Shown here: in pieces, positions 9,421-17,732 of the stretch
How the letters are laid out: each line of letters begins with the position of its first letter
Position numbering within the stretch: position 1 is the first letter of the stretch
Source of the DNA: a virus
Direction: 5' to 3' (one strand)
Virus record (IMG/VR): IMGVR_UViG_3300041809_000571
Coordinates: 179,841 to 243,840 of that record
Length of the DNA: 64,000 bases
Program-made: the position numbers and the translations under genes
The notes under the pieces: generated by a model
What the model was told of the DNA's origin: nothing
Seen by the model: only the letters and a program-made list of their open reading frames with translations
Databases searched by the model: none

Positions 9421-9873
9421 ATGGCAAAAGAACGTGGGATGCCCAAAGAGTGGGCAGACTTCCCCAAGAAGAAAGACGAACACGGACGCTGGCTCTGCCG
9501 CTTCTGTGGAAAAGTTCTAACCGGTCGCCGGACCTCGTGGTGCAGCAAGCAATGCACCATTGAAGTCCTCCTCCTCTGCGACTGGTCATTCATCCGCAAC
9601 AAAGTAAAACGCCGGGACAAGTACCGCTGTGTCCTCTGTCATCGGAATAAGCACGAGGCAGGCTCACTGGAAGTTGACCACACCGTGGAGTTGCAGGATG
9701 GTGGGAAGACGGTGATGGAGAATTTGCGCACCCTGTGCAAGCGATGCCACAGAAAGAAGACAGCGGCGGAGAAGAAACGGCGGAGGCTACTTAAGGAACA
9801 ATCCCCACCTGCCGAAGCTTGTAAAGAACATCCCTCTCCGCCATCCAAGCCACTAAATTCTTGTAGTCCTTGA
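9421..9873 (+). CDS. HNH endonuclease (150 aa)
   Basis: 'CRFCGK...CSKQC' Zn ribbon plus 'EVDHTVELQDGG...NLRTLCKRCHRKKT' HNH core. Confidence 0.75.
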   Translation: MAKERGMPKEWADFPKKKDEHGRWLCRFCGKVLTGRRTSWCSKQCTIEVLLLCDWSFIRNKVKRRDKYRCVLCHRNKHEAGSLEVDHTVELQDGGKTVMENLRTLCKRCHRKKTAAEKKRRRLLKEQSPPAEACKEHPSPPSKPLNSCSP

Positions 9874-10276
9874 ACTGCCTCCCAGTGGGGCAGATGAACA
9901 GGTCCATGGAAATCCCCTTGAACACTGTGTCGTGGTCATCGGCATGATTGTGAATGGAGAGCAAGGCGGTATCGAGTGGTGTAATCTCCGTTTGGGGAGA
10001 GTTGAGGGATTCTTCCTTTAACCCATGCTCCTTCCGATGTTCATGGACATCATCCCATGTCACGCCACGGGTGTGCCCCCCGGCATCCCTGATGATGAAA
10101 GACCCGGAGGTGTTGTACCCCATGGCGTCGGTATCCCAGTGGAAGTCTGGCATCTCATTCGGCTGGCCTACATAAACGCAACTGACTTCCGAAGCCCCGG
10201 CAGCCTCGCCTATCCATGGAAACTTTTGAAACAGAGCCGGTATTTCTCCCGGCTTATCACTTGAAAAGGATATCAT
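9791..10276 (-). CDS. hypothetical His-rich protein (start uncertain; I prefer MISFSS at 10276 over the TTG at 10360)
   Basis: The ORF converges on and overlaps the HNH gene end by ~80 nt. Contains 'HEHRKEHG' and 'HNHADDHD', so it may bind metal. The alternative start is coupled to a 31-aa TM peptide ORF. Confidence 0.4.
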   Translation of the reverse strand: MISFSSDKPGEIPALFQKFPWIGEAAGASEVSCVYVGQPNEMPDFHWDTDAMGYNTSGSFIIRDAGGHTRGVTWDDVHEHRKEHGLKEESLNSPQTEITPLDTALLSIHNHADDHDTVFKGISMDLFICPTGRQFKDYKNLVAWMAERDVLYKLRQVGIVP

Positions 10277-10360
10277 CATTCCTCCCGGATAAAACAGAAC
10301 CAATAGACAAGTCCGCCCATCAACAAGATGCCGAAAGCGATGTATGCAACAACTCCCCAA

Positions 10361-11164
10361 TCAATGTGCATCCCCTTTTTCCTTCTTGATGCGCTTCATT
10401 AGTTTTCGGTGAAAAGAATCCAACCACCTGCAATCAGCGCACGGACGGGCACACTTTCCCTCCCGAGCCAAGTTCTTTTTGAGCCGGTAATTTCCGTAGT
10501 GCTTAAGCGTCAAGTTGGCAAGTTCGATAAGGGCCTCATCGAAAGTAGGACCGCCGCAGTCAAGCTCCACGTCATGGAAGGGCATCAGGGTGGTACTGGT
10601 ATCCCACTCCGACACGTAGCCCCACTCCAAGTGACCCAGTTCCAGCCAGCACTCAGGGTTGACATTCTTGGTTCTGTCATCGTTGACTTCACCCTTGTCG
10701 TCCACGAGTGTGTAGAAGATACTGAGGTTCTCTTCAATAGCCCGGTGGAACTCGTGCCGCCACTCTCGCCAATGCTGACCATTCCTGTCCTTGATAACGA
10801 TGAATCCCTTTCGCTTGGAACGGGCGGCATCCGCAGGAGACTCCGGGGTTCTCGCTCGGCAGTTAAGCTTGGGGTGATAGTAAAGAAACCAGTAAGCATC
10901 GTAAGCGGTGTTGAAGATTCTCTTTTCCACGGTCCGGTCAATCTCCTCTGCCAGTTCCCGGAGGGATGGGCGGTTTGATTTTCTCAACCTGCATGGCAGC
11001 GTTCTCAAAACGGCCATTTTCTTGTAACGACTGGAGGAAGCGAGGGCATTACGAATCGCATCCTCTATCTCTCTAAAGGGGTGGTAATCACCATTAACAA
11101 AGGCCCGCAGGGCCTTGACGAGGAGTTTGTCGTAGAAAGCTACTCGTTTATCCACCATGTCCAA
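10361..11164 (-). CDS. hypothetical protein (267 aa) with a C-terminal Cys cluster
   Basis: ORF in operon context; 'CARPCADC' near the C-terminus. Confidence 0.5.
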   Translation of the reverse strand: MDMVDKRVAFYDKLLVKALRAFVNGDYHPFREIEDAIRNALASSSRYKKMAVLRTLPCRLRKSNRPSLRELAEEIDRTVEKRIFNTAYDAYWFLYYHPKLNCRARTPESPADAARSKRKGFIVIKDRNGQHWREWRHEFHRAIEENLSIFYTLVDDKGEVNDDRTKNVNPECWLELGHLEWGYVSEWDTSTTLMPFHDVELDCGGPTFDEALIELANLTLKHYGNYRLKKNLAREGKCARPCADCRWLDSFHRKLMKRIKKEKGDAH

Positions 11165-11187
11165 TAATACTGAATTTTATGGGAAAT

Positions 11188-11694
11188 TTAGTACTCTTCT
11201 TCCGGCTCTTCCTCGGGAGGGTTCTGCATCTGCTCCATGAACTGTCCCATCTGTTCAAGCATTTGTACCTTACGGGGGTCCTCTTTCCCGTCACCAATGT
11301 AGGAGAACAGGCCCGTGGAAGGAACGGGGGTCAGCTTAAATCCAATAGCCCGGAGAGCAAGGCCGTACATCTTGGTCTTGACGGAACTATGGGAAGCGAC
11401 CACCAGCATGTGGTACTGAGCAAGCCAGCGGGTGATGGCTTCCTTGAATGCCTTGCGGTCAAAGCTGCCCCAGCCCTTGGGAACGATGTGTTCCAACTGC
11501 TCTTCACTGGTGAAGTCCTGCCCCCGGCGCTGGAGACCAATCTGGTGAAACCCAAAGCGGGAGTCTACGGTGAGGAAAAGTTCGTAGTCTCCCACTTGTA
11601 CCTCATCCAAGACACGGTCCCCCGTCACCTTAAAGCGCTTCTGCGCTTCGGGAGTCAAGGGCATCGCCTGCTTGGGGCGGAGCAACGGATTCAT
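11188..11694 (-). CDS. hypothetical protein (168 aa) with an acidic C-terminal tail (PEEEPEEEY)
   Basis: ORF in operon context. Confidence 0.5.
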   Translation of the reverse strand: MNPLLRPKQAMPLTPEAQKRFKVTGDRVLDEVQVGDYELFLTVDSRFGFHQIGLQRRGQDFTSEEQLEHIVPKGWGSFDRKAFKEAITRWLAQYHMLVVASHSSVKTKMYGLALRAIGFKLTPVPSTGLFSYIGDGKEDPRKVQMLEQMGQFMEQMQNPPEEEPEEEY

Positions 11695-11719
11695 GGGGCC
11701 TCAATAGAGGCTTTCGTAG

Positions 11720-12337
11720 CTACCTTGGTGGAGTTAGAGCAACTTCAATTGAAGTCATGGTGCTCCTGAACTCTTTCCGTATCAACGTCTTGAGAGCCTC
11801 CCTTTGAGTTCTGTCGGAGGAGGAAGCATCAAGAATTGTCAGCACCCTGCCTTCCAATGACCGGAAGTAACCGAGGCTTGCGCTCTTATCCAACCCGGAA
11901 ACATGGGGAGGAGCGACATCCACAGCGAGATGTGGAAACCGCTTGAATTCCGAAACCTCGGCCTCGGTACTGATGGCCTCTGCCTTGGCGTCTGCATTTG
12001 CCACGGCGCAATGCATCTTCTCTTCATCCGCTTCCATCAGGTTTTCGAGTGCCTGCACGGGGCGGCTGACCTTTTCCGGGGGTGGGGGTGTTTCCACCAG
12101 TGGTTCCCCATTCTTCCCCTCATGGAAAAGGGAAGCAACCAAGGTCTCCGCCGTCTTGGGGGTGAGTTTAGGAACATCGGCACCATAGTCAAAGAAGTCG
12201 GCGGCACCGGCCTCGGCAAGTTCCTTCTCCAGTCTTTCTATTTCGGCTCTGAGTTTGGTGGTTTTGGTTTTGACAGTCTCCGTTTGAATTCCCTCGGGAG
12301 ACACACGGGTCTTACGAATCTTTCTCTTTGCGGACAT
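11720..12337 (-). CDS. hypothetical protein (205 aa)
   Basis: ORF in operon context; promoter-like GTAGTACAGTGGAGGATAT-ATG immediately upstream. Confidence 0.5.
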   Translation of the reverse strand: MSAKRKIRKTRVSPEGIQTETVKTKTTKLRAEIERLEKELAEAGAADFFDYGADVPKLTPKTAETLVASLFHEGKNGEPLVETPPPPEKVSRPVQALENLMEADEEKMHCAVANADAKAEAISTEAEVSEFKRFPHLAVDVAPPHVSGLDKSASLGYFRSLEGRVLTILDASSSDRTQREALKTLIRKEFRSTMTSIEVALTPPR

Positions 12338-12422
12338 ATATCCTCCACTGTACTACACTGAATTTGACTACACTAGGGGCATAATAGCCCCACAATAGAG
12401 GGTGTGATAGTTGTGATTTTGA

Positions 12423-13085
12423 TTATGCTAAGGCGTGAAACACGCCTCGGTCACCACTCCAATTGGCGGGTTTGTATTTAATGCTGACCATATGGGCATC
12501 GTTGAAACCAGCGAACTTTAGCCAAGATTCAACGCATGGGGGATTTGGTCCCCAAAGGCATGTGGGGTCACCGTAAGGCTTGTTTTTATCATAGAAACTG
12601 CATATGGGTTCTTCCTTGAAAATCCAGTCCAAATGGGTTTCCAAGATGAGCTTTCCCTTGCAGACGGAGTGAAGCTTCTGGAGGGCAAGAAGGGGGTTTT
12701 GAAAGTGGTGGAGCGCCCCAAGGCAAAGAACGAAGTCATACTTCCCAATAAGGTCCGGGTCCAAGTCATGAACATCAAGTTTTATCCCCACCACCTTGGA
12801 ATTTAACACCCGTGTGGCGAGGTCAAATCCCCGGCGTCCGGTGTCAAAGCACCACGTATCCACGGCAGTCACCGCAGAGGCCCCCCGGCGTTCGCACAGG
12901 AAGCTCCACCAGCCATCCCATGCACCTACATCCAGTACGCTCTTGCCGGTCAAATCCTCGGGAAGGTGCAGGCGCTTGAGTTTCTCCTCGCTGTCGGTGG
13001 TACCGGGGGTGGTGACCCCGTCGCCAAGGTCAATCCTGTGCCACCATTTGATAGTCTTTATTTTGTCAAGAGTTTCTTGGTCCAT
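12423..13085 (-). CDS. Class I SAM-dependent methyltransferase (220 aa)
   Basis: Motif I 'VLDVGAWDGWWS', 'TAVD', 'YDFVLCLGALHH'. Confidence 0.65.
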   Translation of the reverse strand: MDQETLDKIKTIKWWHRIDLGDGVTTPGTTDSEEKLKRLHLPEDLTGKSVLDVGAWDGWWSFLCERRGASAVTAVDTWCFDTGRRGFDLATRVLNSKVVGIKLDVHDLDPDLIGKYDFVLCLGALHHFQNPLLALQKLHSVCKGKLILETHLDWIFKEEPICSFYDKNKPYGDPTCLWGPNPPCVESWLKFAGFNDAHMVSIKYKPANWSGDRGVFHALA

Positions 13086-13086
13086 A

Positions 13087-14247
13087 TTATGACCAGAGGT
13101 CCTTAACCGCCTGAATGAGTTGGCTTACCCATCCGGGTTCTTCCACTTCCGGGACAGGCTCGGGAGCCGGGATGACCGGCTCCTCTGGCTCCTCATCGTA
13201 GAGGTAGTTCTTCCACAGACGAAGACCCTTGTGGTTGTGCTCGTTGAGAGCTTCCTTACCATCAAGCCACGCCCGTGGGTCGTCCAGAAGGTGAAGGCCC
13301 ACGTTGGCGATATTCTCCGGGCTATCGGGGTTTGCCTTCCACTGTTTGGGTGCCCATCGCACAGCGTCAGAGACCACGGTGGGAACTCCCATGACCACAC
13401 CATCCGCCGTCACGATATTGAACGACTCGGTGAATGACGGCTGGAACAGGAGGTCCATGGTTCTCACGAGTTCGGAGAACTTTTCCCACGGCATCCACCT
13501 GTGCTTGACTACATCGAATCCGGGGATAGCCTGAGACATCTGTTCAATCGTGTTAACAATGGCCTTGCCCTCAGACTCCCCTCCCTGATTGATATGGAAA
13601 GAGACGGGCACCTGCAAGCGGTTTTGAATGAGCAGACCGGCAGCGACCGCCGAGGGGATGTTCTTCTCCGGGCGGAGTGCGCCGAATGCACCAAGACGTA
13701 GAGGTTGAGACGAGAACCGTACCTTGCCCTCGTGATGGCCCCGGCTGGAATACAAGTCAGGCAGCAGGAAGGTATTGACCCCATAGGCTTCACTGAACCA
13801 CTGGGTGAATGAACGAGAGTTCCCGGATACCGAAAGGTTGGGAAGGTCGTTCATCAAGTCGGCGTACTGGCGGAAGTTTCCTATTCCCCGGTAATCGCCA
13901 TATAAAGCCGCCACGTTACAATGTGACTTTACGGTGAACTCCATGTCGGGGAAGTAGTTGACCAGTGCCTTCAAATCCAGCGGCGTAATCCACGGTGCCA
14001 TGATGACGCAGTGGGTCAACGGACCTTTGCCTTCTTTCGCTCGCTTGCCATTGTGAAAGAGAATGGACTGGAGAAGCTCAACGTTATCTTTAACGCCAAC
14101 AACGTAAGTCCTGATTCCATGTTGGTTAAGTTCTTCTGCTGTTTTCTTTGCTGCTACGGCGAGACCTACCGAACTGTATCCTGTCCAAAAGGCGAAGTCC
14201 TTGTAGCATAGGGCAACCGCCACGTCTTTCCTGCACCCCTCACTCAT
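13087..14247 (-). CDS. Glycosyltransferase, GT-B fold (GT1/GT4-like; 386 aa)
   Basis: 'FGALRPEKN' plus 'ESFNIVTADGVVMGVPTVVSD' (E-x7-E-like motif). Confidence 0.6.
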   Translation of the reverse strand: MSEGCRKDVAVALCYKDFAFWTGYSSVGLAVAAKKTAEELNQHGIRTYVVGVKDNVELLQSILFHNGKRAKEGKGPLTHCVIMAPWITPLDLKALVNYFPDMEFTVKSHCNVAALYGDYRGIGNFRQYADLMNDLPNLSVSGNSRSFTQWFSEAYGVNTFLLPDLYSSRGHHEGKVRFSSQPLRLGAFGALRPEKNIPSAVAAGLLIQNRLQVPVSFHINQGGESEGKAIVNTIEQMSQAIPGFDVVKHRWMPWEKFSELVRTMDLLFQPSFTESFNIVTADGVVMGVPTVVSDAVRWAPKQWKANPDSPENIANVGLHLLDDPRAWLDGKEALNEHNHKGLRLWKNYLYDEEPEEPVIPAPEPVPEVEEPGWVSQLIQAVKDLWS

Positions 14248-14300
14248 TGTTTCCTCCCCGAAATTTTTGCTTTCACTATGAGGATGATAGTCGAACTTCC

Positions 14301-14885
14301 CTACGCAGTTGCGTCTGCGGTGGGGGTGGACTCCTCTGCAACCGATTCAGGAGCGGAGGGACCGGTCGCATCCGGGAAGGCGGTGCCTTGGGGCACTACA
14401 TCAGCCGGATTTTCGTCAGCGGTGAACGTAGAAGGCCCCGCAGGCCCGCTAGGAGGCGCTCCCGGCGCAGGGGCAGGCGGTGGGGCGGGTTGAGCCTGCA
14501 TCTTGGCGAGTTCGGCCTCTGTAATGGCATCGTAGGAGAAAACGTAAGATTCGGCTTTCTCAGCGTCGGTGATTCCTTCCGGCAGTTCCCACTTGATGTT
14601 GATTGCCATGCCCTTGAACTGTTCGAGTTCCACCTTGCTGAGTTCCACCCTGCCCCCGGCGTGCTTGAGCAGTGTGGCGGCGAGAGCGGATAGCCTCTTG
14701 GCGGAGCCTTGTGCTCCCTGATAGGCGGTCGCCAGTTTGCCAACGATTTCATCCGGGTTGTTGTAAATCTTCTGGAGTTCTTCTTCGAGTTGTCTGCAAT
14801 ACTTTTGCAGGGAACTGAGGAACTGCTTTTTGACGGTGGACTTTTTCAATACAAAGGGCTTAGGCTGTAGGGATACTTTACTCAC
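14301..14885 (-). CDS. hypothetical protein with a Pro/Ala-rich C-terminus (194 aa)
   Basis: ORF in operon context. Confidence 0.45.
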   Translation of the reverse strand: MSKVSLQPKPFVLKKSTVKKQFLSSLQKYCRQLEEELQKIYNNPDEIVGKLATAYQGAQGSAKRLSALAATLLKHAGGRVELSKVELEQFKGMAINIKWELPEGITDAEKAESYVFSYDAITEAELAKMQAQPAPPPAPAPGAPPSGPAGPSTFTADENPADVVPQGTAFPDATGPSAPESVAEESTPTADATA

Positions 14886-14925
14886 ACTTCCTCCTATGGG
14901 GATTTTTTCTGTACGAAAACCGAGA

Positions 14926-15303
14926 CTACAAGAGTTCCTTGGACTTCATGAACCGGACGGCCTCGATTGCCTTCTTCACCATGATTTCGTAATCATCGGG
15001 GCCGCAGTCAAACAGGGCGGAACCCCAAAGCTCGGCGAAAGCCGCCTCGGCGGTCCGATACTTGTAATTGGGATTGAGGGTGGTAAGCCGGGTCTGAGGG
15101 TTAGTGATGAACTTGTCCTCAGTGTTGACCGGTCCTTCCGAGGGTATTTCGACCCCCTCAATTCTGGCATCAAACATGGGGTCCCAGTAGATTTCAATGC
15201 CGGGGGATTCCAAGCTCACGTAGATGCCGGGAGCGGTCTTCTTGTAGCTCGCCCCAGCCGCTTTGAAGTACCGACCAACCGCAATGCTATCAAATTTGCT
15301 CAT
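14926..15303 (-). CDS. hypothetical protein (125 aa)
   Basis: ORF with TGGTATTTATACAGTGGAGGTTGT-ATG upstream. Confidence 0.5.
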   Translation of the reverse strand: MSKFDSIAVGRYFKAAGASYKKTAPGIYVSLESPGIEIYWDPMFDARIEGVEIPSEGPVNTEDKFITNPQTRLTTLNPNYKYRTAEAAFAELWGSALFDCGPDDYEIMVKKAIEAVRFMKSKELL

Positions 15304-15354
15304 ACAACCTCCACTGTATAAATACCAAAAAATAACGGAAATAATCGGTCACAT

Positions 15355-15382
15355 TGAGGTATACTGTAGGTGGAGGGAAAAC
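15355..15382 (+). promoter_or_regulatory. Promoter-like motif family A (extended -10 TGnTATACT fused to SD): TGAGGTATACTGTAGGTGGAGGGAAAAC-ATG
   Basis: Near-identical copies at 16068-16094 (+), 57657-57690 (-), 51482-51509 (-) and 50664-50697 (-). Degenerate copies at 15304-15333 (-) and 12338-12365 (-). Every copy ends 0-10 nt before a start codon. Confidence 0.5.
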
Positions 15383-15676
15383 ATGCCAGCTTTGACCACC
15401 TGCCCCATTTGCAACTTCACCGGCTCCCACGGATTTACCGACACCGTAGGGGGCGTCATGATGTTCTACCACGGTGACGCCTTTACCCACCGGTTTTGGG
15501 TAGGCAATCAAAACACCTACCTCAGCCTCTCCGCCGCCTTCGAGGCCGAAGTCGCCCCCCGTAACCAAGATACTGAGGACAAACGGATTTGGTGCGAGGC
15601 ATGGCGTGCCCGGATTGCCGGGAAAGAGCGCCGGGCGAAGCGCCTCTTCAACAAGTGGCAGAATTACAACCGATAG
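15383..15676 (+). CDS. hypothetical Zn-ribbon protein (98 aa; CPICNF)
   Basis: The start is refined to the ATG directly after TGAGGTATACTGTAGGTGGAGGGAAAAC. Confidence 0.55.
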   Translation: MPALTTCPICNFTGSHGFTDTVGGVMMFYHGDAFTHRFWVGNQNTYLSLSAAFEAEVAPRNQDTEDKRIWCEAWRARIAGKERRAKRLFNKWQNYNR

Positions 15677-15707
15677 GTAAAAATTACCGGTTACACGGAG
15701 GAACTCT

Positions 15708-16028
15708 ATGAAACTTCTGCAAAACTCAGCGGGAAACTTTCTTAACATGACGCCTCAAGAGGCGAGGTTGCTTGCAGAACAGCTTTTAAGGGCAGCAAAC
15801 AGCCGTGAGGGATTCGTCAAGACCATCGTCATCCGTGAGGACCGCAAAGACTCTACCTTACGTGGTAATGACCCTAGCTTCTATGGCGAGCTTGACACCC
15901 TCCATGTGGGCGTCAGCCCATCATGGCTCGATATCCACCCAAGCCTCGAACCCCTGTTAAAGCCACGTGAACCTCTTGCTCAAAGCAACATCGACCGTAA
16001 TGCGGTCAATGTCGGATTGAAGGGCTAG
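15708..16028 (+). CDS. hypothetical protein (106 aa)
   Basis: ORF in the plus-strand cluster. Confidence 0.45.
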   Translation: MKLLQNSAGNFLNMTPQEARLLAEQLLRAANSREGFVKTIVIREDRKDSTLRGNDPSFYGELDTLHVGVSPSWLDIHPSLEPLLKPREPLAQSNIDRNAVNVGLKG

Positions 16029-16094
16029 GGATACAGGCAAGAAAAACCTTCAAAAACCGGATACACGGTGGTATACTGTAAGTGGAGGGAAACT

Positions 16095-16562
16095 ATGCAG
16101 GGAATGATTACAGACCCGAAACTTGCCAAGGAATTCATTCTCGCCGGGAACGCCACAGTGACCTTCGTCAGCAAGAAGAGCGGCAACCGCTTCACCTACA
16201 AAATCAAAATGGCTCCCCGGAAAGAGGGCGACAACCCCAACAGCACCCTCTACTTTGTCCACCTTCTGGTTGGGCAGGACAACGAAAACGACTACTCCTA
16301 CATCGGTGTGCTCACCCGATACGTCTGCCCGGCAGGCAGTGAATCCCTCAACTTCCGAATGACCAAAGCCTCCAAGGTGAGTTCCGACGCTCCCTCGGTG
16401 ATGGCGATGGAATGGGTTATCTCTTTCTTGGGTCAGGGGGATATGCCCTTCATGACCGAGATTTGGCACATGGGCCGCTGTGGACGTTGCGGGCGTGACC
16501 TAACGGTCCCCGAGTCCATCGCCAGCGGCATCGGCCCGGTCTGCGCTTCGAGGGGAGAATGA
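16095..16562 (+). CDS. hypothetical protein with a C-terminal CGRCGR Zn ribbon (155 aa)
   Basis: Start refined to the ATG after GGTATACTGTAAGTGGAGGGAAACT. Confidence 0.55.
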   Translation: MQGMITDPKLAKEFILAGNATVTFVSKKSGNRFTYKIKMAPRKEGDNPNSTLYFVHLLVGQDNENDYSYIGVLTRYVCPAGSESLNFRMTKASKVSSDAPSVMAMEWVISFLGQGDMPFMTEIWHMGRCGRCGRDLTVPESIASGIGPVCASRGE

Positions 16563-16762
16563 AATTTTACATCTGCGAAGCCGAACCCCACCAAGGTCCC
16601 TGCGTCTTTTCCGAACAGGGTTGGAAAAGGCTGCCATCGAATTCATCCACAGGCATGTCTAGGTGCATCCACCACGGCGAGATAATCGACATCATCAAGG
16701 ACTTTCCCGACCGGGAGACGGCCCGCAAGTGGGCGAAGGGAGAAAGCGTCAATGGCTGGTAA
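16559..16762 (+). CDS. hypothetical protein (67 aa)
   Basis: The ATG overlaps the upstream stop (TGAAATG). Confidence 0.4.
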   Translation: MKFYICEAEPHQGPCVFSEQGWKRLPSNSSTGMSRCIHHGEIIDIIKDFPDRETARKWAKGESVNGW

Positions 16763-16967
16763 CACCGGTAAGATGACGAGGGGAGCAATCGAGCGCCGGG
16801 GGCCGAGGATGTGCCTTGGCTATATGGTGGGAGACGAGGGGTATTTCATCTTCCGGGAAGGCCAACTGCCCCTGAAAAACAACTACTACCGGCTTCGAGT
16901 GCTGGCAAGGTCCTACAGCAAGTCCTACCTTATGCGGGTCGGACGGGCACAGAGCATCCTGCCCTAA
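16752..16967 (+). CDS. hypothetical protein (71 aa)
   Basis: ORF in the plus-strand cluster. Confidence 0.35.
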   Translation: MAGNTGKMTRGAIERRGPRMCLGYMVGDEGYFIFREGQLPLKNNYYRLRVLARSYSKSYLMRVGRAQSILP

Positions 16968-17527
16968 TCCTTGGCCTGCGTCAAATTCTTGTTTTCGGTC
17001 GGGTCACTATCATCCAACAATTGGTCCAAAGACTTTGCCGGTCCATCCGCCGCAAAGGCTACCCCGGATTCTTCTGCCGCCACACCCGCCAATTCCCGGT
17101 CTACCGCCGCCCCGGCTGCGGCAAGCTGCTCCTGATTCCGCTTGATGGTCTTAACAATGGGTGGACGCTTCGGCCCGGCGAGGGCGGCAACCTTCTGTAC
17201 GGCCTCACCATCAAAGTTCTCAGTCGGAGCCATGGGTACACCAGCAACTAGCCTTTGGGGCGCTGCTGGAGCCTTCTGCGCCTCCGCAACGGCCTCTTCC
17301 AGACGCTCCGCCATCATGAACTCCAGCATGGAGCGCTGCGGGTCCTTGGCGTGCTTCTTGCAGATGTCGTAGACCTTGCTGGCTTCCACCAAATCCTCTT
17401 CGCCCTCTTTGACGGGTATGGGGGCGAACGGCTCCTTGCAGAGCTTGTCTTTGAAGTCGGCGATGACCCCGCATCCGCATGATAACCTTACGCTAATCCT
17501 ATGAATACTAAGGCTTTCTACTTTCAT
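16964..17527 (-). CDS. hypothetical protein (187 aa)
   Basis: ORF. Confidence 0.45.
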   Translation of the reverse strand: MKVESLSIHRISVRLSCGCGVIADFKDKLCKEPFAPIPVKEGEEDLVEASKVYDICKKHAKDPQRSMLEFMMAERLEEAVAEAQKAPAAPQRLVAGVPMAPTENFDGEAVQKVAALAGPKRPPIVKTIKRNQEQLAAAGAAVDRELAGVAAEESGVAFAADGPAKSLDQLLDDSDPTENKNLTQAKD

Positions 17528-17528
17528 C

Positions 17529-17732
17529 TTAAACTCCCTTCATGAGTGCCTTGAAACACAGTTCGGAGGCATCGGTCAGCACCTTCTTGGCGATTTCGAG
17601 CTTATCCTCGTAGAGGATACCACAAGACATGTCGTTGTAAAACTCCAACGAGAGGAGGGGTGCATTATCATCCTCCGGGTCACTGGCGATGAATTTCTTC
17701 TGATTGAGAGTGCCGTAAATCTCTAATTTCAT
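17529..17732 (-). CDS. hypothetical small protein (67 aa), translationally coupled (ATGA overlap) to the upstream membrane protein gene
   Basis: ...CAC TTA TGA overlapping ATG AAA TTA at 17729-17734. Confidence 0.45.
   Translation of the reverse strand: MKLEIYGTLNQKKFIASDPEDDNAPLLSLEFYNDMSCGILYEDKLEIAKKVLTDASELCFKALMKGV

Noticed and set aside
10277-10360. TTG start at 10360 giving an N-terminus of MGSCCIHRF... for ORF 9791-10360
   Set aside because: It abuts the upstream stop and has no spacer. The alternative, a 31-aa TM peptide ORF coupled to an ATG at 10276 with a GGGAGGA SD, explains the sequence better. Both options remain uncertain.
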